A stretch of 64,000 nucleotides of DNA from an uncultured bacterium (lineage in GTDB: Bacteria > Planctomycetota > UBA1135 > GCA-002686595), in NCBI GenBank assembly GCA_943787795.1, contig CALSNU010000002.1, forward strand, positions 320,001 to 384,000, written 5' to 3'. A program made the translations under genes and the position numbers. Position 1 is the stretch's first letter; each line of letters starts with the position of its first letter. Positions 37,701 through 47,561 of this stretch are shown in pieces. Below the pieces are notes generated by a model, which saw only the letters and a program-made list of their open reading frames with translations, made no database searches and was not told the DNA's origin.

Positions 37701-39757
37701 TCGAGGACGTCCCCGCAGGTCGGTGCATCGCCAGCGTGGATCCGGGCACCGCCCCGACGCCGAAGGTCCCGGGTACGAGCTGCCCACTCTCCTACGAGAT
37801 CGACCTCGCGGCCGGCGACGCCTACCTCGAGGCCGACTTCTGCTTCGTCGACCCCCCCGCCCGGCTGGGTGACACGGTGTTCTGTGATCTCGACAACGAC
37901 GGTTTCCAGGACGTCGGCGAGCCGGGTATCCCCGGCGTCCGCGTCGACCTGCGCTGCGCGGGTCCCGACGACCTCCTCGGCACCGCCGATGACGTGTTGG
38001 ATAGCCAGGTCACCGACGGCAACGGCCAGTACCTCTTCATCGACCTCGCCGCCGACCAGTGCGAGGTGACGGTCGATATCACCACGGCGCTCCCCAAGAT
38101 CCCGGGCATCTGCCCGACGACGGTCCTGGTGACGCTTCAGCCCGGCGACGAATTCCTCGACGCTGACTTCTGCTTCGTCGAGCTCAGCGCGGTCGGAGAC
38201 TTCGTCTGGTGCGACATCGACAACGACGGAGTCCAGGACCCCAATGAGCCCGGGGTGCCCGACATCACGATCGAGCTCCTCTGCGCCGGCCCGGACCAGA
38301 TCCTCGGGACGGCGGACGATATCGGCGACCAGATGGTCACCGATGCGAGCGGCGGGTACCTCTTCACGGACCTCTTGCCCGGCCCCTGCGTGGTCACGAT
38401 GGATCAATCGACCATCCCCGCCACCAAGGAGCTCGGCATCTGTCCGCCGCAGGTCACCGTCGCGCTACAGCCGGGTGAGGCCTACCTCGACGCTGACTTC
38501 TGCATCCGCTACCGCCAAGGCGGCGACTGCTGTGCCGACGGTCGACCCCGCTCGATCACCCTGCTCTACACCGGCCGGGATTGCTCCGCGACGGTGACAA
38601 GCCAGCCGAGTGACAAGTGGAACTGTGCCGGCGATCCGGGCTTCGCCCAGAACGTCTTCGTGCGGTCGAGCGATGACTCGGATCCGTTCGAGACGGACGC
38701 AGACATCTGGTTTGAAGGAGCGGTGACGCTCAACTCCGAGTTCGTGATCAACACCGCGAACGCCGGAGAAGATCGGTTCGGCTCGCGCACCTACGTGCAC
38801 GTCTTTGACTCGACTGGCACCAACCTTCTCCAGAGCGTTGAGTTCCATACCTCGTGCTCGCAACCGCTCTTTGTCGGTGACCAGTACGGGAGCATGCGGA
38901 TCATCACCTGCACCGGGGAGAACACGCCGATCCCCGGTGACTGCTGCTCGAACGGGCGGCCTGCGTCTCTGACGTTCATCTACACCGGAGAGAGCTGCGC
39001 AGCCACGAGCACGATGCAGGACCCCGGCAAGGTGGAATGCTCCGGTGATCCGGCGGGGGCCTCCACGGTCTACATCTTCGCCAAGGACGACGACCACGCG
39101 TTCCACTCCCACGGCAAGGTCTGGTTCCAAGGCCTCGTGAACCTCAACGAGCCGTTCATCCTCAGCGCGCAGAACGCGGGTGAGGACCGGCTCGAGAACG
39201 AGACGTTCATCCACATCTTCGATCCCACGGGTGCGACTCTGCTGCAGACGGTGGAGTTCCACACCTCTTGCTCTCAACCGCTTGCGGTCGGGAACCAGTT
39301 CGGCGCGAGCCTGCTGGTGGACTGCACCGGCGAGAACGAGCCCGTCCCTGGCGACTGCTGTGCCAACGGCAAGCCGCGGCAGCTCACCTTCACCTACACC
39401 GGTGATAGCTGCGCCGCGACGAGCACGACGCAGGACCCCGGCAAGGTGGAGTGCTCCGGCGATCCGGCGGCGCGACAGACGGTCTGGATCGTCGCCAAGG
39501 ACGACGACCACTTCCACCACAGCCACGGCCACTTCTGGTTCGAAGGACCCGTCACGCTCGGCGAGAACTTCGTCCTCGACGCGGCCAACGCCGGTGAGGA
39601 CAAGCTTGAGAACGAGACCTTCATCGCGATCTACGACGTGCAAGGCGGCACGATCTTGCAGCAGGTGGAGTTCCACACCTCCTGCTCGCAGCCCCTGTTC
39701 GTCGGCAATCAGTTCGGAGCCTCGCTGCTCGTCGACTGCGTGGGCGAGAACGAGTGA
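34778..39757 (+). CDS. Large secreted repeat protein: 9 SdrD-B-like repeats plus 3 Cys-rich HTSCSQPL domains
   Basis: Signal peptide, nine GDxVWCDxNxDGxQDxGEPGI...ADFC repeats and three GDCC..G(R/K)P...FHTSCSQPL domains. Confidence 0.88.
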   Translation: MRSPCQRLFVFALAGVASFIWTHEAEGQQRTFLGGGGPGGRGAFTWTQRIDFEQAPAGTQVTSVTSNGGFGPVTITGINPLLPGQNAAVLFDSANPTGGDFDLGAPNEDFGGPGIGAGGGLNSPFANQRALGNVLIVAKDLVDTNGDGLIDDPDDAENAGTSIELDFVAIGEVDLEAITILDVEPKQTNATITLFDPTGASVGTYMVPMPGDNGVTTIDFPNVQRVRRAVIWMDGSGAIDNILFNPLNIGRIGDTVWCDLNNDGALQPGEPGIPGVRVDLRCAGLDGVLDTADDTLADTVSNANGRYQFTGLLPGLCRVTVDTATVPTGKVPGLCPLVYEVDLIPFGVYRKADFCFIDAPARIGDFVWCDTNDDGVQDPLEPGIPNVGVRLNCAGPDGQLGTADDVILNTTTDPSGLYIFEGLTPDLCSVTVDPFSVPSDKTQGSNCPTSYTVTLSANGEFLDADFCYIPNRATLGDFVWCDENDDGVQDPTEPGISGVEVTLTCAGPDLQLGTPDDIISTQLTDANGLYLFTDITPGTCRASVDFTAPPANKIPGSNCPPSITTVLDPGEAFLDADFCFITPGEIGDLVWCDLDNDGVFDAGEPGIANATVDLVCAGNDGVIGTADDIVDSTVTDANGLYLFTGLPAGLCLVSVDSSTVPVGKVPGVCPTEYTVNLPLAGSFLDADFCFIIPGEVGDFVWCDENNNGLQDPGEPGIAGVSVELRCAGPDGVIDTADDVVASTVTNAFGLYLFTDVFPDDCVARVDPSTAPADKEVGVCPTEVTFSLAPSESFLDADFCFRSRPASLGDFVWCDLNNDGVQDPGEPGIEGALVELRCAGTDNVLNTADDILESQLTDAAGAYLFDPVAPGLCVAQVVPSSVTDKIPGVCPISVTLILSPGQAFLDADFCFIEPPVGSIGDFVWCDENDDGVQDPGEPGIEGVRVDLRCAGPDTILNTADDILDSMVTGPAGMYLFEDVPAGRCIASVDPGTAPTPKVPGTSCPLSYEIDLAAGDAYLEADFCFVDPPARLGDTVFCDLDNDGFQDVGEPGIPGVRVDLRCAGPDDLLGTADDVLDSQVTDGNGQYLFIDLAADQCEVTVDITTALPKIPGICPTTVLVTLQPGDEFLDADFCFVELSAVGDFVWCDIDNDGVQDPNEPGVPDITIELLCAGPDQILGTADDIGDQMVTDASGGYLFTDLLPGPCVVTMDQSTIPATKELGICPPQVTVALQPGEAYLDADFCIRYRQGGDCCADGRPRSITLLYTGRDCSATVTSQPSDKWNCAGDPGFAQNVFVRSSDDSDPFETDADIWFEGAVTLNSEFVINTANAGEDRFGSRTYVHVFDSTGTNLLQSVEFHTSCSQPLFVGDQYGSMRIITCTGENTPIPGDCCSNGRPASLTFIYTGESCAATSTMQDPGKVECSGDPAGASTVYIFAKDDDHAFHSHGKVWFQGLVNLNEPFILSAQNAGEDRLENETFIHIFDPTGATLLQTVEFHTSCSQPLAVGNQFGASLLVDCTGENEPVPGDCCANGKPRQLTFTYTGDSCAATSTTQDPGKVECSGDPAARQTVWIVAKDDDHFHHSHGHFWFEGPVTLGENFVLDAANAGEDKLENETFIAIYDVQGGTILQQVEFHTSCSQPLFVGNQFGASLLVDCVGENE
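35528..38511 (+). repeat. Nine tandem ~330-bp coding repeats (SdrD-B-like)
   Basis: Recurrent GGCGACTTCGTCTGGTGCGAC-like starts near 35530, 35865, 36200, 36535, 36865, 37200, 37530, 37865 and 38190. Confidence 0.85.
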
Positions 39758-39815
39758 CCCTTGAGCGCCCCTAGGGCTGTGAGTTCCGGCTGATGCCCGA
39801 GCTCGCGGCGACACA

Positions 39816-39849
39816 GAGAGGCGCCTGGCCCACCGGCCAGGCGCCTCTC
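39816..39849 (+). terminator. Hairpin after the repeat-protein gene
   Basis: GAGAGGCGCCTGGCC-CACC-GGCCAGGCGCCTCTC. Confidence 0.55.
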
Positions 39850-40169
39850 AGCATTCTCTCATCTGACCTGCGGCCAGGGCGCTCGCCTTCCAACGGAGAG
39901 ATTCGGCGACCCCACACCGTCTGACCCGGGGGTTCACCCTGAGAGGGCAGGCGCCTCATTGCAGGCCCACCGCCAACTTCTGGCGACCTCAGGCGCACGC
40001 GGTCGGGGACCACTCCAAGATTGAGTGGATGGTTCTGGATGGCCGAGCTGGGAGTTTCTCACCAGGTCGCACGAACAATTCCGGACATCTACTGATCAAG
40101 AGCATGGGTCGGAGCGAAACCCTGGTGCCCTCCGGCCGACTCCCCATCTCCTCTTTCCACGTCCGTCCC

Positions 40170-41579
40170 ATGATCTCGCGCGTTCTCTCCATCGCTGCGT
40201 TCCTGACGCTCGCCTCTCCAACCTTGGCCCAAGGCCCTGGCTCGTCGATTCCCGCGACCCCCAGCGCCGCCAACGCCGTGCCCGGCCCCTTCGGCTTCGT
40301 CCGGTGCCTGACGCCGGACCTGGACCCCAACCAGTCGATGTTCCTGCCGCCCTCGGACTGCAGCGCGAACAGCACCAACCCGACCAGCGCGTACGACCCG
40401 GCGAACCTGGACGAGCTCGTCATCCCGGTCGTCTTCCACGTCATCCGGGACAACAACGGCGGTGGCAACGTCCCCAACGCCCGCGTCATCAGCCAGGTCG
40501 AGATCTTCAACGAGGACTTTGGCGCCCTCGCCGGCACGCCCGGCGCGCCGGGCGTGGACACGAAGATCCGGTTCGAACTCGCGACCAGCGACCCCCAGGG
40601 GCAGGCCTCGACCGGGATCATCCGGTACGACAACTCGAGCTGGTTCAACGACAACGGGAACTACTGGAACAGCATCGCGTGGGACCCGAACGTCTATCTC
40701 AACATCTACACCCTCGGCGCGCCGTCCGGCAGCTCCAACGTCCTCGGGTACGTCCCCTTCTTCCCCCAGACCGGGAACGCCGGCAGCGCCGCCGACCGGG
40801 TCGTTCTCCTGAACGGCACTGTCGGTCGTAACGCGCCGCTCGCCCCCTACAACCAGGGGCGCACCGGGACCCATGAGGTCGGCCACTACCTCGGCCTCTA
40901 CCACACGTTCCAGTCCGGCTGCGGCGGCTCCAACTGCTACAACTCCGGCGACCGGATCTGCGACACGAACGCCGAGTCGAACCCCGAGTTCAACTGCGCG
41001 GCCAACTCGTCCAGCTGCGGCAGCACGGACCCGGTTCGCAACTACATGAACTACAGCACGGACACGTGCATGACGAACTTCACCGAGGAGCAGGCGCGCC
41101 GGATGCGCTGCACCCTCGAGTTCTACCGCCCGACCCTGGGGACGCCCGTGGGGCCGATCCTTGGCGCGAACTACTGCGTCGAGACGCCCAACAGCACCGG
41201 CCTGCCCGCGACCCTCGTCGGAACCGGGACCAAGCTGATCGCCAACAATGACTTTGGGATTTACGCCCAGGGCCTCCCCATCAGCTCGCCTGGCTACTTC
41301 ATCTGCAGCCCGAACCAGGCCCAGGTGCCCGGTCCGGGCGGCTCACAGGGCACTCTCTGCGTGGGCAGCTCCACCGGGCGCTACCTGAGCCAGGTGGGCA
41401 ACGCCGGCATCTTCGGGATCATTCCGCTGACCGTCGACCTCACGGCCATCCCCCAGCCGACGGGCAACGTCGCCGTCCAACCGGGCGACACCTGGAACTT
41501 CCAGTGCTGGTATCGCGACTCGATCTTCGGCTTCCCGATCTCCAACTTCACCGACGGCTACACGATCACCTTCGAGTGA
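40170..41579 (+). CDS. Secreted zinc metalloprotease, M43 (pappalysin/ulilysin-like), with C-terminal Cys/WYRD domain
   Basis: IPVVFHVI, THEVGHYLGLYHTF (HExxHxxGxxH), Met-turn NYMNYS and C-terminal ANYC..PNSTG...FQCWYRD. Confidence 0.9.
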   Translation: MISRVLSIAAFLTLASPTLAQGPGSSIPATPSAANAVPGPFGFVRCLTPDLDPNQSMFLPPSDCSANSTNPTSAYDPANLDELVIPVVFHVIRDNNGGGNVPNARVISQVEIFNEDFGALAGTPGAPGVDTKIRFELATSDPQGQASTGIIRYDNSSWFNDNGNYWNSIAWDPNVYLNIYTLGAPSGSSNVLGYVPFFPQTGNAGSAADRVVLLNGTVGRNAPLAPYNQGRTGTHEVGHYLGLYHTFQSGCGGSNCYNSGDRICDTNAESNPEFNCAANSSSCGSTDPVRNYMNYSTDTCMTNFTEEQARRMRCTLEFYRPTLGTPVGPILGANYCVETPNSTGLPATLVGTGTKLIANNDFGIYAQGLPISSPGYFICSPNQAQVPGPGGSQGTLCVGSSTGRYLSQVGNAGIFGIIPLTVDLTAIPQPTGNVAVQPGDTWNFQCWYRDSIFGFPISNFTDGYTITFE

Positions 41580-41606
41580 TCACGAGGCGGAGCAAGCCCC
41601 CCATCA

Positions 41607-41655
41607 GAGAGCGGCCCGACGGCCGGCGCGGTGCGCCGGCCGTCGGGCCGCTCTC
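41607..41655. terminator. Perfect 23-bp-arm hairpin between convergent genes
   Basis: GAGAGCGGCCCGACGGCCGGCGC-GGT-GCGCCGGCCGTCGGGCCGCTCTC. Confidence 0.7.
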
Positions 41656-41668
41656 GTCCAGGCGAAGC

Positions 41669-42934
41669 TCAGCTCGACCAGGCGTCCACCATGGCCAGCA
41701 TCGCCCTGGAGATCGTCGCGCACTCCTCCTCCGTCGTGCACGCCGGCGGCAGCGCGTAGACCACGTTGCCGAGGGGCCGGAGCAGCGCGCCGTGCTCTCG
41801 GGCCACGTTGCGGAGCCGCGGCCCTCGCTCGCTGAGGTAGCCCGAAGCCCCCCCCGTCAGGTCAAACGCCACCATGCCTCCGAGGTGACGGAGGTCGGCG
41901 ACTCGATCGTCTCCCTCGAGGGACGAGAGTCCGCCAAGGATGCACTCGCCCACGCGCTGGAGCTGACCCGGGGTGTCGCGCTCCTCGTTGACCCTCAGCG
42001 ACTCCAGCGCGACGGCACACCCGGTGGGATTCCCGGTGAAGGTGTGTCCGTGGAAGAGCGCCCGTGTCCGTACGTCGCTCAGGAAGATCTCATAGAGCGC
42101 CTCCGTGGCCATGGTCGCCGAGAGCGGATACATCCCGCCGGTCAGCCCCTTGGCCAGACACAGCAGGTCCGGGGTCACTCCACAGGCCAGGCAGGAGAAG
42201 AGCGCGCCGGTCCGCCCGAAGCCGGTCATGACCTCATCCGCGATCAGGAAGACTCCGCGCTCGTCGCAGGCCGATCGGACGGCTCGCACGACGGCGGCGT
42301 CGTGGATCCGCATGCCCGCCGCCCCCTGCAGGCGCGGCTCGAGGATCACCCCCGCCGCCCGCTCGCCCAGCTCGTCCAGGGCGCCGACGATGGCCGCCGA
42401 CTCCGCGGGGACCCGCTGCACCTCGAACAGGAACGGCGCGAAGGGCATGAAGAAGGGGTCGGGGTCGCCCACCGCCATCGCGCCGAAGGTGTCGCCGTGG
42501 TAGCCGCCTTCGAGCGCCACGAAGACCCGGCGCTGCGGCTCGTCTCGCTGGGCGTGGGCCTGGAGCGCGATCTTCAGGGCGACCTCCACCGCGGTCGAGC
42601 CGTCGTCGCTGAAGAAGGTCCTGGTCAGCCCATCCGGGGCCACGCGGGACAGCTCCTCGGCGAGCGCGACGCCCGGCTCATGGGTGGCCCCGGCGAAGAG
42701 CACGTGATCGAGGCGCTCCATCTGGGCCCGCGCCGCCTCCACCAGCCGGGACTCCCCGTGGCCGTGCAGGGTCGCCCACCAGGAGGAGATCCCGTCCACC
42801 AGCTCGGTCCCGTCATCGAGCACCAAGCGAGCGCCGCTCGCCGCGCGGACAGGGATCGGCGCCGGCTCGGTGGCGGCCTGGGTGTAGGGGTGCCAGACGT
42901 GTCGTGCGTCCCGTGAGATCAGATCATCGGCCAT
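41669..42934 (-). CDS. bioA: Adenosylmethionine-8-amino-7-oxononanoate transaminase
   Basis: VWHPYTQ, DGISSWW..LHGH, DDGSTAVEVALK, YHGDTFGAM and CLAKGLTGG. Confidence 0.95.
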   Translation of the reverse strand: MADDLISRDARHVWHPYTQAATEPAPIPVRAASGARLVLDDGTELVDGISSWWATLHGHGESRLVEAARAQMERLDHVLFAGATHEPGVALAEELSRVAPDGLTRTFFSDDGSTAVEVALKIALQAHAQRDEPQRRVFVALEGGYHGDTFGAMAVGDPDPFFMPFAPFLFEVQRVPAESAAIVGALDELGERAAGVILEPRLQGAAGMRIHDAAVVRAVRSACDERGVFLIADEVMTGFGRTGALFSCLACGVTPDLLCLAKGLTGGMYPLSATMATEALYEIFLSDVRTRALFHGHTFTGNPTGCAVALESLRVNEERDTPGQLQRVGECILGGLSSLEGDDRVADLRHLGGMVAFDLTGGASGYLSERGPRLRNVAREHGALLRPLGNVVYALPPACTTEEECATISRAMLAMVDAWSS

Positions 42935-42937
42935 GGT

Positions 42938-44815
42938 TCATTCCCTCCTGATCGCGTCAGCGAGCGGGTGTTCGGCGAGCCAGGCGTCGATGGCTCCCGG
43001 GTCGAGAGGCGCCAGCGTCGGCAGCTCGAAGAGGTGGTCCACGTGGGCTGCGAGGGTCGCCGCGTTCTCCGCGTGGGGCTCGCCCACGAGGATGAGCGCC
43101 GAGGGCGTCAGCCGCCGGGCTCGCAAGGCCTCGAGGGTCAGCAGGGTGTGATTGAGGGTCCCGAGCCCGGAGCGAGCGATGAGCACCACGCGCGGCCGCT
43201 CCCGGGCGAGCCAGTCCGCCTGCGTGTAGGACGCCGTCAGCGGGACGTGCAGGCCGCCGGCGAGCTCGACGACGAGCGGGGCGGGGGCAGCCTCCCGCAC
43301 ACGATCCCCGAGCGCCACGTGGAGCACCTCGGGATCGATCACCGCACCCGCCGCCGCCGCCGCGGTGTGGGGGGAGGCGGGGAGCGGGAACTCGTAGGCC
43401 GGCGCGGCGATCACGCGCGCCGCGTCAGGCCGGGGACCGGCGAGGCGCTCGACGGTCCTCGAGTCGCTGTCTTCACCCGTCTGGACGGGCTTCCAGTAGG
43501 GAGCGTCGAGGGCCCGAGCCACCGCAGCTGCGGCCACCGTCTTGCCGATGTCCGTGTCCGTGCCAACGATGAACACCGGGGGCGGCGGAACCGTCAGGCT
43601 CGATGGCGATGACACCGTCTCCACCGCTCGCTGAGCCCCGTCGGTGTCCCCGGCGCGGACCGTTCCGTCCCCAGCGCCAAGGATCGGCGCGAGGCCATCG
43701 AGGAGCGCGTCGATGTCCTGGGACCGGTGCTGTGCATGACAGGCCACGCGCAGCTGCGCCGCTCCGGGGCGGACGGTGGGCTGCCGCACGGCGCGGACCC
43801 CGAGGCCCCCTGCGCGCAGCGCCTCGGCGGCCGCGACGGCGCGGCGCTCGTCCCCGATGAGGATGGGAACGATGGCCGCGCTGGGCTCCGGGGCGCCCGC
43901 GGCGGCCGCAATCCTCACGGCGTGGGCCCGGAGAATCTCCCGCGCTGGATCGGCGTCCGCGACCAGGCCGATGGAAGCCTCGAGGGCCCCGACCACCGCA
44001 GGTGCCACCGCGGTCGAGAACATGAACCCGCGCCCCTTGTGGATGACGGCCTCCACCAGGGCCTGAGACCCCGCGATGAACGCCCCCGCAGCCCCGAGGG
44101 CCTTCCCGCCGGTGACGATCTGCGCCACGAGCGGAGCAGATGCCGCCCCGGAGGCCGCGAAGCCTCCCCGACCGCGAGGACCCACCACGCCCACGGCGTG
44201 GGCCTCATCCACGATCAACCCGGCTCCCAGCCGGGCACAGGCCTCCGAGAGCTCCACCAGCGGCGCCCGGTCACCGCCCATGCTGAACACCGACTCGGTG
44301 ACGCAGAGGACTCGACGCGCGCCGCGGCTCTCCTCGAGCAGCGCCGCAGCGTGCTCGGCGTCCGCGTGCCGGAAGACCTTGACCGTGGCACGGGACAGGC
44401 GGAGCCCGTCGATGAGGGAGGCGTGGTTGTCCTCATCGGACACCACCACGTCCCCGGGCCCGGCGATGGCCGCCATGAGGGTCAGGTTGGCCTGGTATCC
44501 AGAGGGAAGCAGCAGCGCGGCATCGGCTCCGAGCCAGCTCGCGAGCTGATGCTCCAGGTCAGCGGTCTTCGGGGAGCCGCCACCGAGGAGGCGCGCGGCC
44601 CGGCCTCCGGCTCCGTGCTCCCTGGCCGCCTCGGACGCAGCAGCGCAGACCGCGGCGTTCCCCGCCATGCCGAGATAGTCGTTGCTCGTGAAGTCCACGG
44701 CGACCCGCCCGTCGGTCCCTCCGCCACCCACGGAACGGCCCAGCCCACGCCGCCGCCAGTCCGCGACCTCTGCCGCGAGCGCGCGGTCGACCTCGTTCAG
44801 CTCACCGAGACCCAT
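42938..44815 (-). CDS. bioF: Fused 8-amino-7-oxononanoate synthase / dethiobiotin synthase (BioF-BioD)
   Basis: BioF part has [26 protein letters not shown] and TGGKALG. In the same frame the BioD part has [26 protein letters not shown] and [10 protein letters not shown]. Confidence 0.9.
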   Translation of the reverse strand: MGLGELNEVDRALAAEVADWRRRGLGRSVGGGGTDGRVAVDFTSNDYLGMAGNAAVCAAASEAAREHGAGGRAARLLGGGSPKTADLEHQLASWLGADAALLLPSGYQANLTLMAAIAGPGDVVVSDEDNHASLIDGLRLSRATVKVFRHADAEHAAALLEESRGARRVLCVTESVFSMGGDRAPLVELSEACARLGAGLIVDEAHAVGVVGPRGRGGFAASGAASAPLVAQIVTGGKALGAAGAFIAGSQALVEAVIHKGRGFMFSTAVAPAVVGALEASIGLVADADPAREILRAHAVRIAAAAGAPEPSAAIVPILIGDERRAVAAAEALRAGGLGVRAVRQPTVRPGAAQLRVACHAQHRSQDIDALLDGLAPILGAGDGTVRAGDTDGAQRAVETVSSPSSLTVPPPPVFIVGTDTDIGKTVAAAAVARALDAPYWKPVQTGEDSDSRTVERLAGPRPDAARVIAAPAYEFPLPASPHTAAAAAGAVIDPEVLHVALGDRVREAAPAPLVVELAGGLHVPLTASYTQADWLARERPRVVLIARSGLGTLNHTLLTLEALRARRLTPSALILVGEPHAENAATLAAHVDHLFELPTLAPLDPGAIDAWLAEHPLADAIRRE

Positions 44816-45836
44816 CGGCGAGAGGGCGCAGGCCAACGCGGGCCAGGAGCGCGGCGTCCGAGGTCGGCTCGGGGTTCGGCGTTGTGAGGAGCGCGTCCCC
44901 CACAAAGATGGAGTTGACGCCTCCGAGGAAGCACAGGGCCTGCGCCTCCTCGGTCATCTCCTGCCTCCCCGCGGAGAGGCGCACGGCGGCCCGCGGCATG
45001 AGGATCCTCGCGACCGCGCAGACGCGCACGATCTCGTCCCAGGGGAGCGGCTCGGATTGCTCGAGCGGGGTGCCCTGCACGGGCACCAGCGCGTTGATGG
45101 GGACGCTCTCGGGGGGCGGGTCGAGCACCGCAAGCTCGGCGAGGAATGCGGCGCGGTCCTGGCGCGACTCGCCCATGCCGAGGATCCCCCCGGAGCAGAC
45201 CTTCATGCCCGCCGACCGCACGTTCTGGAGGGTCTCGAGGCGATCGTCGTAGGTCCGGGTCCCGATGACCTTCTCGTAGTGCTCGCGGCTCGTATCGAGG
45301 TTGTGGTTGTAGTAGTCGAGCCCGGCGTCGGCCAGACGCGCGCCGTTGGCCTCGTCCACCATGCCGAGGGTCGCGCAGACCTCGAGACCGAGGTCCTTGA
45401 CCCCGCGGACCATGTCGAGCACGCGGTCGAAGTCGTTGCCGCAGCGGACCTCACGCCAAGCGGCGCCCATGCAAAAGCGATCGGCTCCGGCGTCCTTGGC
45501 CCGCTGCGCTGCGGCGACCACCTCGCCCGTCTCCATGAGCGCCTCCCGGGTCAGGCCCGTCGAGTGCCTCGCGCTCTGCGAGCAGTAGCCGCAGTCCTCG
45601 GGGCACGCGCCGGTCTTGATGGACAGCAGCTGCGCGCACTGGATGCGGGAGGGGTCGTGGTGCTCCCGGTGGACCCCTGCCGCCTCGTAGACGAGGTCGA
45701 GGAGGGGCCGGCCGAGGAGCTCGAGGGCGCGCGCCTCGAGGGCGGCGCGGGGGGCCTCCGGCGAGGCGCCGGGAGCCGGATCGGCGGCGGCGGCGAGGGG
45801 AGCGTCGTCGACCGAGGAGGGGGAAGCGCTGTCCAT
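44802..45836 (-). CDS. bioB: Biotin synthase
   Basis: [35 protein letters not shown] and VRLSAGR. Confidence 0.96.
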   Translation of the reverse strand: MDSASPSSVDDAPLAAAADPAPGASPEAPRAALEARALELLGRPLLDLVYEAAGVHREHHDPSRIQCAQLLSIKTGACPEDCGYCSQSARHSTGLTREALMETGEVVAAAQRAKDAGADRFCMGAAWREVRCGNDFDRVLDMVRGVKDLGLEVCATLGMVDEANGARLADAGLDYYNHNLDTSREHYEKVIGTRTYDDRLETLQNVRSAGMKVCSGGILGMGESRQDRAAFLAELAVLDPPPESVPINALVPVQGTPLEQSEPLPWDEIVRVCAVARILMPRAAVRLSAGRQEMTEEAQALCFLGGVNSIFVGDALLTTPNPEPTSDAALLARVGLRPLADGSR

Positions 45837-45942
45837 GGCGGAGAGGTTAGCCCTTCAAGCGCGAACGGGGCAGCCGACCGCCGATGAACTCGCGGCCGGG
45901 GAGCGGGTCTCACCGGGACGCTCGACGGCCGCTGCGGCCGAC

Positions 45943-46509
45943 CTACCGCGCGTGGTCCCCTGGAGCCTCCAGCTCCAGGCGTTCGAACCCATTGGGGTGG
46001 AGCACGTTGAAGCCGCCGTCCCCGTTCTCGTCCGCCGTATGGAAGCCGTCGTGGGCGCGGCGAGCGAGGTAGACCCGGACCCGCTGGCCCGGCTCGGGCG
46101 TCCAGCCGCGGTGCCCGGCGGAGCTGAGCGGCGGGGTCCCGTCGCTCCACCACCATCGCTTGCGGAAGGCGCGGGTCATCCAGCGCACGTAGACCGGCCC
46201 CTCGGGCAGCACCTCCGAGGACCACCCAGACCCTTGCGGTGCCTTCTCAACGCCGTCCACCCGGAGCTCCGCCACGTGCTCCCCCACGTCCCATCGGCCG
46301 TCCCGCTCCTCGGACAGATAGACCCGCTGGACCGTCCCGGTGACCACGTGGGTGGCCCCCGAGCGCAGCATCTCGGGCGGCCTCATGGGGATCTCCGGTG
46401 CCGCCAAGGAGGCGGCCACCGGAACCGCGGCGCAGGCCAGGAGCAGGGCGGCCAGGACCAGCCGCATCCGCCCCCTGGCCCGCGCCGGGAGATCCCCCAG
46501 GGGGATCAT
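45943..46509 (-). CDS. Hypothetical secreted protein
   Basis: TGATG coupling to the upstream gene, signal-like LVLAALLLACAA and ATHVVTGTV. Confidence 0.6.
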   Translation of the reverse strand: MIPLGDLPARARGRMRLVLAALLLACAAVPVAASLAAPEIPMRPPEMLRSGATHVVTGTVQRVYLSEERDGRWDVGEHVAELRVDGVEKAPQGSGWSSEVLPEGPVYVRWMTRAFRKRWWWSDGTPPLSSAGHRGWTPEPGQRVRVYLARRAHDGFHTADENGDGGFNVLHPNGFERLELEAPGDHAR

Positions 46510-47561
46510 CAGTGCCACCAACCCCAGTCGTTGGAGGCGGATTCGATGCGCGCGCGCATGGCGAGCGCCTCCTTGTCCTTGGGGAAGTCCGCGAGGACGG
46601 TGTTCACCGAGGCGTTCGCGTCGTTGAACTGGCCCGTGGTCAGGCTCAGGCTCGCCAGGGAGAGCAGGCAGTCGTGCCACCCGGTGGTGGCCTCCTTGCT
46701 CAGGCTGAGCAGCTCCTTGCCCAGGGCCTCGTCCTTCCGGCCGGCATCAGCCATCTTGGCGACGCTCTTGCGCGCCCGGTCGAAGTAGGCGACAGCGTTC
46801 TTGAGGTCCCGGCGCGACTTCGCCTGGTTCTTGGACTCGAGCAGGCCCTTGCGGCGGTAGCCCTCGCCGTCCTTCACGGCCTTGCGGATGGGCTCCACCT
46901 TGCGCTCCATGTCCGCCGCCAACCTGGCGTCCTTGCGGGCCTCCTTCTTCGCCTCACCGGCGGCCTTGCGCGCGGCGATCCCCTGGTCCAGGGAGTCCAT
47001 GAGCTGCTTGCGCTGGGCGTCCGTCATGTCGCTCCCGCGCTTGGTGAGCAGGCGCCGGACACCGGTCCGCGCGTCCCCGACCTTGCCCGCCTCGCAGAGC
47101 GAGACGATGATCTTGTTGGTCAGGTCAAGGGAAGCGGACTTGAGCTCGGGGGACAGGGGCGTCCCGGCGACCTTGGCCGAGTGGGCCATGAAGCGGAGCT
47201 CCTTGCGAGCGGCGTCCACGAGCCCCTTGTCGAAGGCGAAGACGGACAGGTCGAGCATGCCCTGGTAGTCGTCGGCGGCGAGCCCGGTGCGGCGGAGCTC
47301 CACCTGGGACTTGTCGTCGAAGGCAGAGAGGTCGTACCAGGCCTCGCCGGAGCCGCCGGACACCATGACCTTGAGCCGGACGCGGTCGCCGTCGAGGGCG
47401 ACGACCGAGGCGCGGACCGCCTTGCCGCCCTTCATGACGTAGCGGCGAACCTCCGCACTGTGGTCCTCCTGGGTGGCCGAGGTGGGAGCGTGGACCACCG
47501 GAAGGTTGGTGGCAGAGACGAGACCGAGGGTCGCTGAGGCGAGGAGGATGGTGAGCTTCAT
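46509..47561 (-). CDS. Hypothetical secreted, helical Lys-rich protein
   Basis: Signal peptide MKLTILLASATLGLVSA, typical codon bias and a TPR-like C-terminus. Confidence 0.7.
   Translation of the reverse strand: MKLTILLASATLGLVSATNLPVVHAPTSATQEDHSAEVRRYVMKGGKAVRASVVALDGDRVRLKVMVSGGSGEAWYDLSAFDDKSQVELRRTGLAADDYQGMLDLSVFAFDKGLVDAARKELRFMAHSAKVAGTPLSPELKSASLDLTNKIIVSLCEAGKVGDARTGVRRLLTKRGSDMTDAQRKQLMDSLDQGIAARKAAGEAKKEARKDARLAADMERKVEPIRKAVKDGEGYRRKGLLESKNQAKSRRDLKNAVAYFDRARKSVAKMADAGRKDEALGKELLSLSKEATTGWHDCLLSLASLSLTTGQFNDANASVNTVLADFPKDKEALAMRARIESASNDWGWWH

Noticed and set aside
35528..38511. Regularly spaced repeats as a CRISPR array
   Set aside because: The ~330-bp units are in-frame protein repeats, with no short identical repeats plus unique spacers and no cas genes.
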